Of a stretch of 64,000 nucleotides of DNA, positions 52,646 through 64,000 are shown one piece after another. The DNA comes from an uncultured Rivularia sp. (GTDB lineage: Bacteria > Cyanobacteriota > Cyanobacteriia > Cyanobacteriales > Nostocaceae): NCBI GenBank assembly GCA_963665115.1, contig OY762007.1:5376001-5440000 (forward strand). The letters are read 5' to 3'. Positions within the stretch are counted from its first letter, which is position 1. The number at the start of each line of letters is the position of its first letter. Position numbers and translations under genes: made by a program. The notes below the pieces were generated by a model. It was not told the DNA's origin. It saw only the letters and a list, made by a program, of their open reading frames with translations, and did no database searches.

Positions 52646-54173
52646 GATGACTATAAATTGGAGTAGCTGTCTGCTCTCGAATATATATTTTTAAACAATT
52701 GAGGGTTGATTATTTCATTTAATCAACTATAATTTATACTCCTAGAATCCGGAAAATTACTATATGCAGTTTGATTGACTAAATCATTGTAGTAACATAA
52801 CGCAATTGATTCAAAGCAGATACTGAATATACTAAAAAGTAAATTTGTCAATCTTCCGGAAGAGGTAAGGTGAAAAATGAACAGAATATCCAGGATAGTA
52901 GCTTTATGATTTTTTGAAAATGTGTCAAAAGGTCGATGAATTTTGAGTATATATTACTGAGTTTCTATTCCTATAGAAGTATAATTATTTCTCCGGGAAT
53001 AAGAAATACGCAATTGTAAAGTATACTGTCTTTTACGCTTGTTGCACTAAGGCGATCAATTTGGCATTTGTTCTAGGTAAAGGCAACTGCTAATTAACTA
53101 ATGAACTGGCTTTTTCGATACTAAATGCAACGTTCTGCCGAACATGGTAATTGATTAAAGTATCTATGTATCAAGCTCCAAAATTTTGTCAAGAATCTTA
53201 AGGCTGAAATTTGAATGGTGCGTTAAGGTGTAGTTATAAGCAAGTGGATTCAATTGAACGGTTTGCTTAGCTACAAAGAGTAATCTTGGATGAGCATCTA
53301 TATTTTCAGCCAAGAAATCCTAATAAAAGGTATAAGTATCGTAAATTACGATTTTGCCTTGCCTCTACTTGAATTGGATAGAGGGTAAAACAAGAACCGA
53401 CGGTCGCGGTATCTACATCTAATTTTTACGAGAGAATATAACAACCGCAATGCATGACTTGTAAAGTCTTCATCAACATTAATCGCTCTAATTCAACCAG
53501 AATTACGAACGGTTGGGTAATTCCCTCTACGTAATGAAGTTGTATTTGTAGACTTGAAACATAAATATAACTGTATGAATGGTTCTTTTACATTGAGAAT
53601 GTTCAGTGTAATTCCTTTTATTTTGGAAAAAATTACACAATATACCTACAATCTTCAATGTGTTTCTGCTAAAACAGACCATTAATAAGTTTATAACTTT
53701 ATGGATACGACAGTCAGGCATAGTGCAATTTCTGTGAAACAGGCTACAATCGGAACAGTCTTTCTGGAAAATCTTACCCAAGTCATATTACTTTATATAT
53801 GAGGGGGGTTGATGACCCGAAAGTTTAATTTTTCTAAAAACAAGTCGGAAGTTTTAAGTAACGACATTGATCGTGGTGTTTACTTTTCACAACGCCGGAA
53901 GTTACCCGAATTAAAAGCGACCATTAGACAGACAATGTGCTTTTTGTGTAACCACAGAGTTGGCACTTTGTTGTCTAAATGAAAGTAATTGATGGGCGTA
54001 TAATGGTCGTACTTAAGTACAACCAATACAAAAACTTTCCACGTTTGTCGAAAAGTGGGCGATCGCCCGAATTATTTATAAAAACGTCTTTCTAGCTGTC
54101 TAACAAATAGCTGTATTGTCGGAAAAACACCACCCAAAGTAATTGATTCTGCAAGGAGCATGAGGAACGCGGC

Positions 54174-55347
54174 ATGAACCAGGCTAACAACGTACTCGAA
54201 AATATTTATCAACCTAACCTGGGAGTGATAAATCGGCCCGAGATGGAGTTAGAAATCTTAATCGATGACGAAGAAGAAGAAGAAGATTTAGCTAATGAAG
54301 GTGAAGAAGAAGAATTTGTAGGGGCCTGCTGGCGGAGCTAACACAGCAAAAGCTGCAAAAGCTGCTAAAAGTCGTCGTCGGACACAAGCCAAGAAAAAGC
54401 ATTACACCGAAGATTCAATTCGCCTGTATTTACAGGAAATCGGTAGAATTCGCCTTCTACGAGCAGACGAAGAAATTGAATTAGCACGTAAAATTGCCGA
54501 TTTGCTCGAATTAGAGAGAGTCGGCGATAGATTAGTGCAGCAGTTGGAACGCCAACCCCAAGAGAGCGAATGGGCAGAAGCGGTACAATTACCTTTGCAA
54601 AAGTTCCGCTATCGCCTTCACGTCGGACGTAGGGCGAAAGACAAAATGGTTCAATCTAACCTGCGCCTTGTAGTTTCGATTGCTAAGAAATACATGAATC
54701 GCGGCTTATCTTTCCAAGATTTGATTCAGGAAGGTAGTCTTGGTTTGATTCGCGCTGCTGAAAAGTTTGACCACGAAAAAGGTTATAAGTTTTCAACCTA
54801 CGCTACATGGTGGATTCGTCAGGCTATTACTCGTGCGATCGCCGACCAATCTCGGACGATTCGTCTACCAGTTCACCTTTACGAAACCATCTCCCGCATT
54901 AAGAAAACTACTAAGCTACTTTCTCAAGAAATGGGACGCAAACCCACTGAGGAAGAAATAGCAACTCGTATGGAGATGACTATTGAAAAGCTGAGATTTA
55001 TTGCTAAATCTGCTCAGCTACCAATTTCTTTGGAAACTCCTATCGGTAAAGAAGAAGATTCCCGTTTGGGTGACTTTATCGAGTCCGATGGCGAAACACC
55101 AGAAGACCAAGTTTCTAAGAGTTTACTACGCGAAGACCTTGAAAAAGTTTTAGATAGTCTCAGCCCTCGCGAACGCGATGTTCTCAGATTGCGTTATGGC
55201 TTAGATGATGGTCGCATGAAAACTCTTGAAGAGATTGGACAAATTTTTAACGTAACTCGCGAACGTATTCGTCAAATTGAGGCAAAAGCACTTCGTAAGC
55301 TGCGCCACCCCAATCGTAATAGCGTTCTTAAAGAATATATCCGCTAG
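54174..55347 (+). CDS. sigA: Principal RNA polymerase sigma factor SigA/RpoD; apparent +1 frameshift at 54321-54324
   Basis: MNQANNVL acidic N-terminus; [51 protein letters not shown]. Confidence 0.96.
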
Positions 55348-55400
55348 AAAATATTTAGATTAGGTCGTTTGTCATTATTAATTAATAACGAACGATTACA

Positions 55401-55439
55401 AAAAGACCTGGGAGTATTAATTATCTCTCAGGTCTTTTT
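55401..55439. terminator. Bidirectional terminator between sigA and hli
   Basis: aaaagacctgggag ... ctctcaggtcttttt. Confidence 0.8.
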
Positions 55440-55496
55440 CTATTTATAAAATAATTTTAAACCGTTAATATCGAATAGTATCCGATGTTTCAAAAT

Positions 55497-55676
55497 TTAC
55501 AGGATGCCCCAGAAGTGCAAAAAGCCTTGACCAGAAAAAAGTTCGATTAAAGCAGCAGCCAAAAAGCCAATCATTGCCAAACGACCGTTCCAAATTTCTG
55601 CTTGAGGAGTAAATCCCCAGCGCCAAGCATTACGTTCTTCAACAGTTGCAATTGGTGTTCTTGTTGAATCTGCCAT
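55497..55676 (-). CDS. hli: High-light-inducible protein (HLIP/SCP), 59 aa, not in the ORF track
   Basis: [59 protein letters not shown], with the ExxNGRxAMxG chlorophyll-binding motif. Confidence 0.95.
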   Translation of the reverse strand: MADSTRTPIATVEERNAWRWGFTPQAEIWNGRLAMIGFLAAALIELFSGQGFLHFWGIL

Positions 55677-55969
55677 AATTATTACTCCAAGCTGAATCTC
55701 TAATTATTCTTAATATACAGAAACATTGTATAGCAATTGTTTTAAATAATGCAACGTTTTACAACAATTGTGTGACTATTTATTGACATAGACAATATTT
55801 TGAGCTAGCCAAGTCCCCGATTTCGTGTTTTTTTGGCTCAGCTTTATTTATATATTTACTGCTCAGTTATATAACCGTTCGCAAATCCGGCGTTCCCTAT
55901 TCCCTACCCAGACGAAATGTTTCGTTAATGAAGACGCAAGTACTTAATTAAATCTTTATAAACAAACTA

Positions 55970-56004
55970 GAGATGGAACCGGCAGAATAGACGGTTCCAT
56001 CTCT
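55970..56004 (-). terminator. Hairpin/terminator downstream of the topoisomerase A-subunit gene
   Basis: agagatggaaccg-gcagaataga-cggttccatctct. Confidence 0.65.
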
Positions 56005-56042
56005 AAAATAAATGAATTTTATGCAAACCTGAAAACTACAAG

Positions 56043-58562
56043 CTATTTATCAATTGCAACTTCGTGAACGGTGACAACTGTTTCATCCCGATTGAGTTCT
56101 ACAGCCTTTTCTGCTTTATCATTTTTAGTTAATAAAGGTACGCTTTCCCCATTCAGACGTATCACTCGTTGATTGCTGGTGACAAGGGCTATTTCAGTTT
56201 CGGGTTTGACTAATGCGATACCGGCAAGGTTATCGGTTGGAACAGTAAATTTAAATGCTTGAGCGCCTAAGTCACCCCGATTGGCTAACTTCAATTTGCT
56301 TGCACTAATTTGTTTGGCATATCCTTCTTGAGTCACCAGCAATAAATTGCGGTTTTTCTCAAAGCTGGTACAGCCGACTATTTGATGTTGTTTACCTACG
56401 CGCAACGCTTGTAAACCAACAGCAGTACGCCCCATACAGGGAAGTTGTTCATCATTAACTTCAAAATGCAGCAGTCTCCCACCCGAACTAGCTAAAATTA
56501 AATGTTCGCCCTTGTTTACAAACTTAGTTAATAATAATTCGTCGTCCTCTTTCAGCTTCAAAATAGTAACTCCACGACGAGTTACATTAGTCAGTTCTTC
56601 TCCTAACAAACGCTTGATACGTCCCTGTTTAGTTAGAAGAACTAGGTGTGTATTAGATGAATTCTCAGGAATCAATAAACGACCAACAATAGATTCACCT
56701 TGACTTTGAGCGGTAGAAGTCAGCAAAGTGATAAGGGGCGTTCCCCTAGCTCCGCGTCCAGTTGTTGCCGGAATTTCTCCTATCTGTAACGGGTAAGCTT
56801 TACCACCGTTAGTTACAACTAGCAAGTCATTAGTCGTATTGGTTTCCTGAGCTTGAATAATGAAATCGTAATCGGGAACTCCGTTGTCAGATTTCGACCT
56901 TTTTGAGGATGAACTAATTCGTCGCACGTAGCCCCGCTGCGAAAAATCTAATGTCACATCTTCAACAGGTACCTGGGATTGTAGATTCCCAACTTTAGAT
57001 TTAGCACCTTTATCTTTTTGGCTACCTTTATTCTTCTGCTGAGCAAATGCTTTATTATCTGGCTTTGCGACAAATTTACTGCGCCGCTTATCGTTATAAG
57101 AACGTTTTAAACTCCGCAAATCTTTTTTTAGACTTTTGAGTAGTTCTTTTCTATCGCCGAGTAGGTTACGTAAAGTATTAATTCTAGTTGCAAGTTCTTC
57201 GTACTCTTCCTCTAATTTCTGTCGCTCCATACCAGTAAGGCGACGTAAAGGCATGGCTAAAATTTCATCTGCCTGCACTTCACTCAACTCCAGTCTACTT
57301 ATAAGACCAACTTTTGCAGTAGAACCATCGGGAGCCTGTCGCAAAATATCGATTACTTCATCTACTTGAGAAAGTGCCCCCAGCAAACCTTCTACCAAAT
57401 GCGAGCGACTTTCTGCTTTACCTAATTCATGAGAATAGCGACGACTAAGAGTTTGTTCGCGAAAATCCAAAAACTCTTGCAACAACTGACGCAAACTTAA
57501 CTGGCGCGGTTGTCCTTCAACTATTCCTAAAAGAATTGCCCCAAAAGTAGTTTGCAGCGCACTCTGCTGATACAAATAATACAAAACTTCCTGGGGATTA
57601 GTATCGCGCTTCAACTCGATAACTACCCGCATTCCATCGCGATCGCTCTCATCGCGAATGTCACCAATTCCGGTTAATCTGCCTTGATTGACTAAATCGG
57701 CAACTTTTTCAATCCAACCTGCCTTATTCACTTGATAAGGCAATTCTGTAATTATAATGGCGGTGCGTCGTTTGTTACCTCGTCCTATGGGGACTTCTTC
57801 AATATTGGCAACTCCCCGCAGCAAAATACCACCTCTACCCGTGGTATATGCTTCGTTAATACCATCTTTCCCGACAATTTCTCCACCAGTAGGAAAATCA
57901 GGACCGGGTATAATTTTAAATAATTTTTCGTCAGATAAGGCAGGGTTGTCAATCAAAGCAATCAACCCATCCACCACCTCACCTAAATTATGCGGTGGAA
58001 TATTCGTAGCCATACCTACGGCAATTCCGGCACAACCATTGAGTAATAAAAACGGTAACTGTGCGGGTAAAACTGTTGGCTCTTGCTGAGAATTATCAAA
58101 GTTGCCGATAAAGTCTACCGTTTCTTCACCAATTTCGGCAAGCATTCCCTCATGGCTAATAGATGCCAGACGGGTTTCCGTATAGCGCATCGCCGCCGGT
58201 GGGTCATTATCTACACTACCGAAGTTACCGTGTCCTCCCAACAAAGGATAACGGCAAGAAAATGTTTGTACTAAACGGACTAAAGCATCGTAAACCGATT
58301 GATCTCCGTGGGGGTGATATTTACCCAGCACGTCCCCAACTACACGAGCGCATTTTCGGTAAGGTCTATCCGGAGTTAAACCGAGTTCGTGCATGGCGTA
58401 CAGAATTCGCCGGTGAACCGGCTTCAAGCCATCGCGCACGTCTGGTAACGCCCGCCCCACGATTACACTCATGGCATATTCAAGATAAGACCTTTGCATT
58501 TCTGTATGCAAGGCTGTAGTGATTACCTGTCCCGTCGAGAGAAGGTTTAACTGTTTTGCCAT
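56043..58562 (-). CDS. Type IIA topoisomerase subunit A, second GyrA paralog (ParC-like, no GyrA-box)
   Basis: [29 protein letters not shown]; beta-pinwheel CTD lacking QxRGGKG. Confidence 0.92.
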   Translation of the reverse strand: MAKQLNLLSTGQVITTALHTEMQRSYLEYAMSVIVGRALPDVRDGLKPVHRRILYAMHELGLTPDRPYRKCARVVGDVLGKYHPHGDQSVYDALVRLVQTFSCRYPLLGGHGNFGSVDNDPPAAMRYTETRLASISHEGMLAEIGEETVDFIGNFDNSQQEPTVLPAQLPFLLLNGCAGIAVGMATNIPPHNLGEVVDGLIALIDNPALSDEKLFKIIPGPDFPTGGEIVGKDGINEAYTTGRGGILLRGVANIEEVPIGRGNKRRTAIIITELPYQVNKAGWIEKVADLVNQGRLTGIGDIRDESDRDGMRVVIELKRDTNPQEVLYYLYQQSALQTTFGAILLGIVEGQPRQLSLRQLLQEFLDFREQTLSRRYSHELGKAESRSHLVEGLLGALSQVDEVIDILRQAPDGSTAKVGLISRLELSEVQADEILAMPLRRLTGMERQKLEEEYEELATRINTLRNLLGDRKELLKSLKKDLRSLKRSYNDKRRSKFVAKPDNKAFAQQKNKGSQKDKGAKSKVGNLQSQVPVEDVTLDFSQRGYVRRISSSSKRSKSDNGVPDYDFIIQAQETNTTNDLLVVTNGGKAYPLQIGEIPATTGRGARGTPLITLLTSTAQSQGESIVGRLLIPENSSNTHLVLLTKQGRIKRLLGEELTNVTRRGVTILKLKEDDELLLTKFVNKGEHLILASSGGRLLHFEVNDEQLPCMGRTAVGLQALRVGKQHQIVGCTSFEKNRNLLLVTQEGYAKQISASKLKLANRGDLGAQAFKFTVPTDNLAGIALVKPETEIALVTSNQRVIRLNGESVPLLTKNDKAEKAVELNRDETVVTVHEVAIDK

Positions 58563-58805
58563 GAGTTTTTTCCCTGAACTTTTACTACACAAATATTGCC
58601 GTAACGTTGGTGAGCAGCAACCTTATTTATAACGGATGAAATACCCTTCATCGCCCCCATATTGATATTTATGTCTTATTTCTAGACGTAGTATTATCCT
58701 TATTTACAAGGATACAAATTGTTTTATTGAATATAAACCCGGTATAAATCGTGCTATCTTCAATCCTTTATCCCCCTCCAAATACCAAGAACGCAACTAA
58801 TTGCC

Positions 58806-59216
58806 ATGAAAACTGTTTTGATTGTCGAAGACGATCTTGTTAATGCCCGTGTTTTCTCAAAAATCTTAACGAAACGCGGAGGCTTAGGTGTTAAACACAC
58901 TGAAGATGTAGACGAAGTAATCAAAATTGCCCAAGCAAAAGAAGCAGACATTATTTTAATGGATGTTTCTCTTTCTAGAAGCGTTTACGAAGGTAAATCT
59001 GTTGATGGTATCAAGATTACACAAATGTTGAAATCTGACCCTCAAACAGCAGCATTACCTATTATCTTGGTCACAGCTCACGCTATGGAAGGCGATCGCG
59101 AAAGCTTTCTTAAACAAAGTGGAGCCGATGGTTATATTTCCAAACCTGTGGTGGATCACCAACTGTTTGTCGAGCAAATCATCGCACTTTTGCCGTCTGA
59201 CAATAACCCGAATTAA
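58806..59216 (+). CDS. Single-domain response regulator (DivK-like)
   Basis: LIVEDD, ILMDVSL, VTAHAMEGDRE, GADGYISKP. Confidence 0.92.
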   Translation: MKTVLIVEDDLVNARVFSKILTKRGGLGVKHTEDVDEVIKIAQAKEADIILMDVSLSRSVYEGKSVDGIKITQMLKSDPQTAALPIILVTAHAMEGDRESFLKQSGADGYISKPVVDHQLFVEQIIALLPSDNNPN

Positions 59217-59383
59217 AGAACCACAACAAAGCAAACAGTCGCTTGCTCGTTGGAACCACTGCTACCAGATACAGCCCGTTAATTCTAAAGCCTGCCCATT
59301 CAAGGGGCAGGCGATTTATAGACAGGTGCATCTGGGTACGAGTACCTTCCTATAACAAGCTTTTAAAGCTTATTGCCCCAATG
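59210..59383 (-). ncRNA. ssrS: 6S RNA (ends approximate)
   Basis: The minus strand folds as a long rod: ggggcaa/ttgcttt, gcttgtt/gagcaagc, central bubble, ccagatgca/tgtatctgg, gcctgccc/gggcaggc. G-U pairs favour this strand. TACAAT -10 at 59395-59390. Confidence 0.75.
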
Positions 59384-59522
59384 CCGGAGATTGTAACCTT
59401 CATAATATATATGTACTATTAGATGTACTTTAAAGCAATACCGCCATTAATACTAATAGCGAGCAGGATTACAACTATATAAAATAATACTTTACTCGCT
59501 ATTAATACTACTGAAGTAAAAA

Positions 59523-60417
59523 CTATTCTCCGGTAGGTTCGGAAGGGGGTTCTGCATTTAAAGCAGCTTGGATACTAGGTAGTTCCAAGAACTTCTTAGT
59601 ATCAGAGAGTAAACGATTGCCCCAAAGATTTTCCTTAAGAAATTCTAAGTTAGCGTACCGTGGATCGATGCGGATTGCAGCTTCACCCATTGCTAAACCT
59701 CTTTGGCGATCGCTTTGATTGCCTAAGCCGTATAAAGCAACGGCTAATGCCAGCTGAGGTTCGGCAGCAGGCTGTTTAACATTGTTGGCTTTAGTAATAG
59801 CTTGCTGCCATTGATTTATAGCATTTTTGATATCGCCTTGTTCGTACATAATTAATCCAATATTGTTCACAGCAGGCCAAAAATCTTGCTTGTAAACAAT
59901 TGATTTTTTGTACTCAACAACAGCTTGGGGTAATTTACCCAGCATATAGTAAGCATTGCCTAAATCAAACAACCCTTCTGGGTCTTTAGGATTTATTTTT
60001 AAACCCGTTTTGTATTCAGCAATAGCCGATTGGTATTTTTCTTGTTGAAAGTAAGCAGAAACCCAAAGCAAAATAAGTCTCAGCATTTTTAGGATTAAGA
60101 CTCTGTGCCTTTTGTAAAGCACTAGTAGCTTTATCGAGTTCTTTGGATTGTAAGTATAATCCTCCTAATAAGAACCATACTTTGTCACTGTTAGGAGCAA
60201 GTTGAGTCGCCAATCGTGCCCGTGGCATTGCCAAGTCGAACTGACGAAATTGTGCTAGTTGTGCGGCTTCCTGCGCCAAAACTAACCCTTGTTGTTCCAA
60301 CTTTGCCCCGTCAAGCTGCACCGTATGAGGTACTAATGCTTGGGCATTAACTGATTGAGATACACTTAAAAAGCTACACAGAAATAGAAAAGAAATCAAT
60401 CCAACACGTTTAGGCAC
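59523..60417 (-). CDS. Signal-peptide TPR protein; apparent +1 frameshift at 59-61 of the 60059-60061 A-run
   Basis: ORFs 60016..60537 and 59523..60122 join (YFALGSAYFQQEKY). GTG start giving MPKRVG is proposed. Confidence 0.82.
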
Positions 60418-60852
60418 ACTACCACCACCTATTTGCCATAAATTAAGCAATCTTTCAGATAGCTTAAACCATCCCGGCTGTGGATGACAGCTATTCTTTT
60501 CGATCGTTTGTCTTTTGTGTAATTCCTTAATGGTCATTTTTTCGTATTTAAGATTTGGGTTACTGTAGGCGTGAAAAACGAATTAATTATGACTAAAGTC
60601 ACCACCAAAGGTGAAGCCATATGTAAGCTGAAAAAGCTACTATTAAAGAAGTATTCAAATACAATTCGCTCTTTTTCGATTTTAGAAGTACGATTTAAAC
60701 GCCTTGCGCGAAGGTAGATAGTCTAACGTTGGTTTACATATGACTGAACCAAACAGGCTTCCTTTGTAAGACTTTGCTTCAATCTATCAGTTCCGTAAAG
60801 CATATCCCACTTTACCTTACCCAAACTCTTTACATTTTTTATCGCTGCTGTT

Positions 60853-62316
60853 ATGGCTACACATATAGAAATTCCCGTAATCGGCAAAGTAAAACGATTA
60901 CCTCGTTGGCTCGGCGTTTTGGCAGCAGGAATTGTAATTGTTGGTGCAACGACTACCTATGTTGTCGTCAATCGAGCCAACAATAAACTAGATATAGCAG
61001 AACTCACCGTACCTGTAGAAGACAAAAATGTCACTCTACTTTTGAGTGCTAGTGGAAAAGTTGTGCCAGTTCAAAGCGTTAATATTAGCCCGAAAAACCC
61101 CGGTACGGTTACTCAATTGTATGTAGAACAAGGCGATAAAGTAAGCGTGGGGCAGATTCTTGCCAGAATGGATAGTGCAGATATTCAAGCGAGAATTTTA
61201 CAAGCTCGCGCTAATTTAGCACAACAGGAAGCAAAATTAGACCAACAAAAAGCTGGTTCTCGTCCCCAAGAAATTGCTCAGGCTAAAGCACGTTTGTCAC
61301 AAGCACAAGCACAATTAGACGCAGCTCGTTCGGGAAATCGTTCCGAAGAAATTGCTCAGGCACAAGCACAGGTAAATGCTATTAAAGCAAAGGTAGATTT
61401 AAGCAATCAACGAGTTAGACGTTACCGAAACTTGTATAACCAAGGAGCAATTGAAAAAGACAAATTAGATCAATTTGTTAGTGAAGATAGTACCGCTCAA
61501 GCAAACCTACTCGAAGCTCAAAAAAGATTAGCTTTATTAAAAAGCGGTAGTCGCCCAGAAGAAATTGCTCGACTCAAAGCAGCAGTAGAAGAGGCAAGCG
61601 CTCAACTACAGCTATTAGAAAATGGTTCTCGTCCCCAGGAAATTGAGAGTGCAGCAGCAGCAGTTAGTGCAGCACAAGCGCAACTTAAAACGGAGCAGGT
61701 AAATTTAGATAACACAATTATCCGCGCTCCTTTTTCAGGTATTATCACGCAAAAGTTTGCAAATATCGGTGCATTTGTCACGCCGACAACCTCCGCCTCT
61801 AGCAGTGCATCAGCCACATCCAGTTCCGTAGTTGCTCTTGCCAAAGGATTAGAAGTATTAGCAAACGTACCCGAAGCCGACATAGCCAGAATCAAGGTAG
61901 AGCAGGAAGTAGAAATCGTTGCTGACGCTTATCCAGACCAAGTTTTCAAAGGAGGGGTACGTCTAATTGCTCCTGAAGCCGTAAACGAACAAGGAGTAAC
62001 ATTATTTCAGGTTAGAGTTGCAATTAAGACAGGATTAGACAAATTGCGTTCCGGTTTAAATGTCAACCTGACTTTTTTAGGTGATGACGTAAATGCTTTA
62101 TGGATACCAACAGTTGCTATCGTCACAGAAAAAGGTCAAACAGGTGTATTAGTTCCTGACAAAAACAACAAAGCAAAATTCAGCGAAGTCACAATTGGTT
62201 CCCAAGTAGGAAACGAAACTCAAATATTAGAAGGATTAAAAAAAGGCGATCGCATTTTCACCACCCCTCCGGATGATTACAGAATCCAGAAAAAGTTAGA
62301 GAAACGCGACGATTAG
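60853..62316 (+). CDS. Efflux periplasmic adaptor (HlyD/MacA-like)
   Basis: N-terminal TM, SASGKVVP, VEQGD, repeated GSRP.EI coiled coil, IRAPFSG. Confidence 0.92.
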   Translation: MATHIEIPVIGKVKRLPRWLGVLAAGIVIVGATTTYVVVNRANNKLDIAELTVPVEDKNVTLLLSASGKVVPVQSVNISPKNPGTVTQLYVEQGDKVSVGQILARMDSADIQARILQARANLAQQEAKLDQQKAGSRPQEIAQAKARLSQAQAQLDAARSGNRSEEIAQAQAQVNAIKAKVDLSNQRVRRYRNLYNQGAIEKDKLDQFVSEDSTAQANLLEAQKRLALLKSGSRPEEIARLKAAVEEASAQLQLLENGSRPQEIESAAAAVSAAQAQLKTEQVNLDNTIIRAPFSGIITQKFANIGAFVTPTTSASSSASATSSSVVALAKGLEVLANVPEADIARIKVEQEVEIVADAYPDQVFKGGVRLIAPEAVNEQGVTLFQVRVAIKTGLDKLRSGLNVNLTFLGDDVNALWIPTVAIVTEKGQTGVLVPDKNNKAKFSEVTIGSQVGNETQILEGLKKGDRIFTTPPDDYRIQKKLEKRDD

Positions 62317-62383
62317 GGAGGATGGGGTAGAGGGGGTAGAGGGGGGAGAGGGGGTAGAAAAAATTCCTAACTCCTAACTCCTA

Positions 62384-62462
62384 ACTCCTAACCACTAACA
62401 ACTAACAACTAACAACTAACCACTAACAACTAACCACTAACAACTAACCACTAACAACCAAC
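62384..62462. repeat. STRR heptamer tract (CTAACCA/CTAACAA)
   Basis: Tandem 7-mers directly before the start codon. Confidence 0.85.
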
Positions 62463-62464
62463 AA

Positions 62465-63685
62465 ATGAACTTCGCAGAAAGCGTACAAATGGCAGGAAAA
62501 ACCCTGCTCTCAAATAAATTACGTAGTGCCCTGACAATGTTAGGTATTGTGATTGGGAATGCTTCGGTAATTGCCATGATTGGTATTGGTGAAGGGGGAC
62601 AAAAGTTTGTTAATAAACAGTTGGAATCTCTAGGACCAAACGTACTATTTGTAATTCCAGGAAATCAAGAAACTCAGCGAATTACCTTTGAGATTCCTAA
62701 AACCTTAGTATTGGCAGATGCCCAAGCTATTGCAACTCAAGTTCCAACTGTAGCGGGAGTTGCGCCGGAGTTAAATCGAAGGTATGTAGTCACTTACGGC
62801 AATAGAAACACCGATGTAAATATAATCGGCACTACTCCAGGTTTTCCACTAGTGCGGGATTTTGAAATTGCCGAAGGACGTTTTTTTAATGAAATAGATA
62901 TCAAACGTAGCAATCAAGTAGTTGTACTAGGTGCCGATTTAGCAGAAAAACTTTTCGGTAGCGCTAATCCTTTAGGAAAGCAAATGCGGGTTAAAAATAC
63001 CAGCTTTCAAATTATTGGAACATTAGAGGGAAAAGGTTCGGGATTAGGAGGTGCTAATTACGATGAAGCCGCATTGATACCGATTACAACTTCAGCAAAT
63101 CGACTCGTAGGAAAAAATTCTCCCTACGGAATTGCCCTAGATTATCTTGTGGTTTCTGCCAGAAATAGCAAAAGTGTAGACGCAGCAGAGTTTCAAATGA
63201 GGAATTTATTACGCTTGCGACACAAAATAACTGGTGAAGATGATTTTACCGTTCGTTCTCAAAAAGATGCACAACAAACAGTTGGTCAAATAACTGGTGC
63301 ATTAACAATTATGTTAGCTGCAATCGCCAGTATTTCTTTGTTTGTCGGCGGCATCGGCATTATGAATATTATGCTCGTTTCCGTTACCGAAAGAACTCAA
63401 GAAATCGGACTAAGAAAAGCAATTGGTGCAACTCAACAAGATATCTTATTGCAGTTCACGATCGAAGCAGTAATTGTTTCAGCCGTTGGAGGCTTTATTG
63501 GAACTACTGTTGGCGTTGGCGGCATTTTTATAGTAGCAGCTTTAAGTCCGTTAGAAGCCGGAATTTCAACTGTAGCAATACTTTCCGCCGTTGGTGTTTC
63601 TGGTGCGATCGGTTTATTTTTCGGCATAATTCCCGCACGTCGCGCCGCCAAACTCGATCCAATTGTTGCTTTAAGAAGCGCGTAA
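62465..63685 (+). CDS. MacB/FtsX-type ABC permease
   Basis: NKLRSALTMLGIVIG, GGIGIMNIMLVSVTERTQEIGLRKAIGA, PARRAAKLDPI.ALR. Confidence 0.95.
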   Translation: MNFAESVQMAGKTLLSNKLRSALTMLGIVIGNASVIAMIGIGEGGQKFVNKQLESLGPNVLFVIPGNQETQRITFEIPKTLVLADAQAIATQVPTVAGVAPELNRRYVVTYGNRNTDVNIIGTTPGFPLVRDFEIAEGRFFNEIDIKRSNQVVVLGADLAEKLFGSANPLGKQMRVKNTSFQIIGTLEGKGSGLGGANYDEAALIPITTSANRLVGKNSPYGIALDYLVVSARNSKSVDAAEFQMRNLLRLRHKITGEDDFTVRSQKDAQQTVGQITGALTIMLAAIASISLFVGGIGIMNIMLVSVTERTQEIGLRKAIGATQQDILLQFTIEAVIVSAVGGFIGTTVGVGGIFIVAALSPLEAGISTVAILSAVGVSGAIGLFFGIIPARRAAKLDPIVALRSA

Positions 63686-63866
63686 TCAGTGAACAGTTAA
63701 CAGTAGCTTTGTTCCCAGTCTCCGGCTGGGAATACATTTCAAGAGGCTCCGCCTCCAGATAATGGATTGCTAATTAATAACTTCTAACTCTCAACTCCTA
63801 ACTCCCAACTTATTAAATCTAAAATTTTACAACTCCTAATTCCTAACCACTAACTACTAACTACTA

Positions 63867-64000
63867 ATGACTAATATAATAATTCGCTTAGAAGATATTT
63901 TTAAAATTTATGGTAGTGGGGCAACTGAGGTAAAAGCATTAAATGATGTCAATTTAACTGTCGAAGAAGGGGAATATTGCTCGATTATGGGGCCCTAGCG
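63867..64000 (+). CDS. ABC transporter ATP-binding protein (3' partial; extra C at 63993-63995 breaks Walker A GPSG)
   Basis: MTNIIIRLEDIFKIYGSGATEVKALNDVNLTVEEGEYCSIMGP. Confidence 0.85.

Noticed and set aside
53527..53781. 84-aa ORF in the sigA upstream region
   Set aside because: TTG start, no SD, atypical composition and no motif.
54174..55347. sigA, sat, nnr, devB and devC as pseudogenes or programmed frameshifts
   Set aside because: Single homopolymer indels with otherwise intact sequence in essential or conserved genes; assembly error is far more likely.
55800..55935. Hairpin-containing stretch upstream of hli considered as a riboswitch or sRNA
   Set aside because: Only a weak stem (agc.agccaa/ttggct.agct) and no recognisable riboswitch consensus; cannot be supported without a covariance search.
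59119..59355. 78-aa ORF overlapping the response regulator end
   Set aside because: Lies antisense to the structured 6S-like RNA and has no protein features.
59410..59430. GTAC...GTAC as a LexA box upstream of the 6S-like RNA
   Set aside because: Spacing does not match the cyanobacterial RGTAC-N3-DGTWC consensus.

Overview
AT-rich chromosomal window from a filamentous, probably heterocyst-forming cyanobacterium (Nostocales-like). The evidence is abundant HIP1 GCGATCGC, STRR heptamer tracts and a psbA gene. Housekeeping genes are psbA, mtnP, sat, mnmA, nnr, glcD, miaA, gyrB, sigA, a ParC-like second GyrA, an HLIP missed by the ORF track and a likely 6S RNA. About ten genes, including essential sigA, carry homopolymer frameshifts that look like assembly errors. 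The best candidate for an undescribed system is at 14.5-22.7 kb. There an OmpR/sensor-kinase pair sits beside htrA and a Spy/CpxP-like gene. Three promoters share the same architecture, TG[A/T]CATATT-N2-TGTCATATT-N7-(-10). One of them appears to drive a ~120-nt non-coding RNA, suggesting a Cpx-like envelope-stress regulon with its own sRNA. Other notable items: a TetR-controlled DevBCA exporter cassette interleaved with tailoring enzymes, with two matching operators and flanking Uma2 paralogs; a double-domain glutaminase; an unusual PI-PLC-like protein; a TAT-signal pseudo-orthocaspase; and repeats that have entered coding sequences in frame. All calls come from reading the sequence only; no searches were run.
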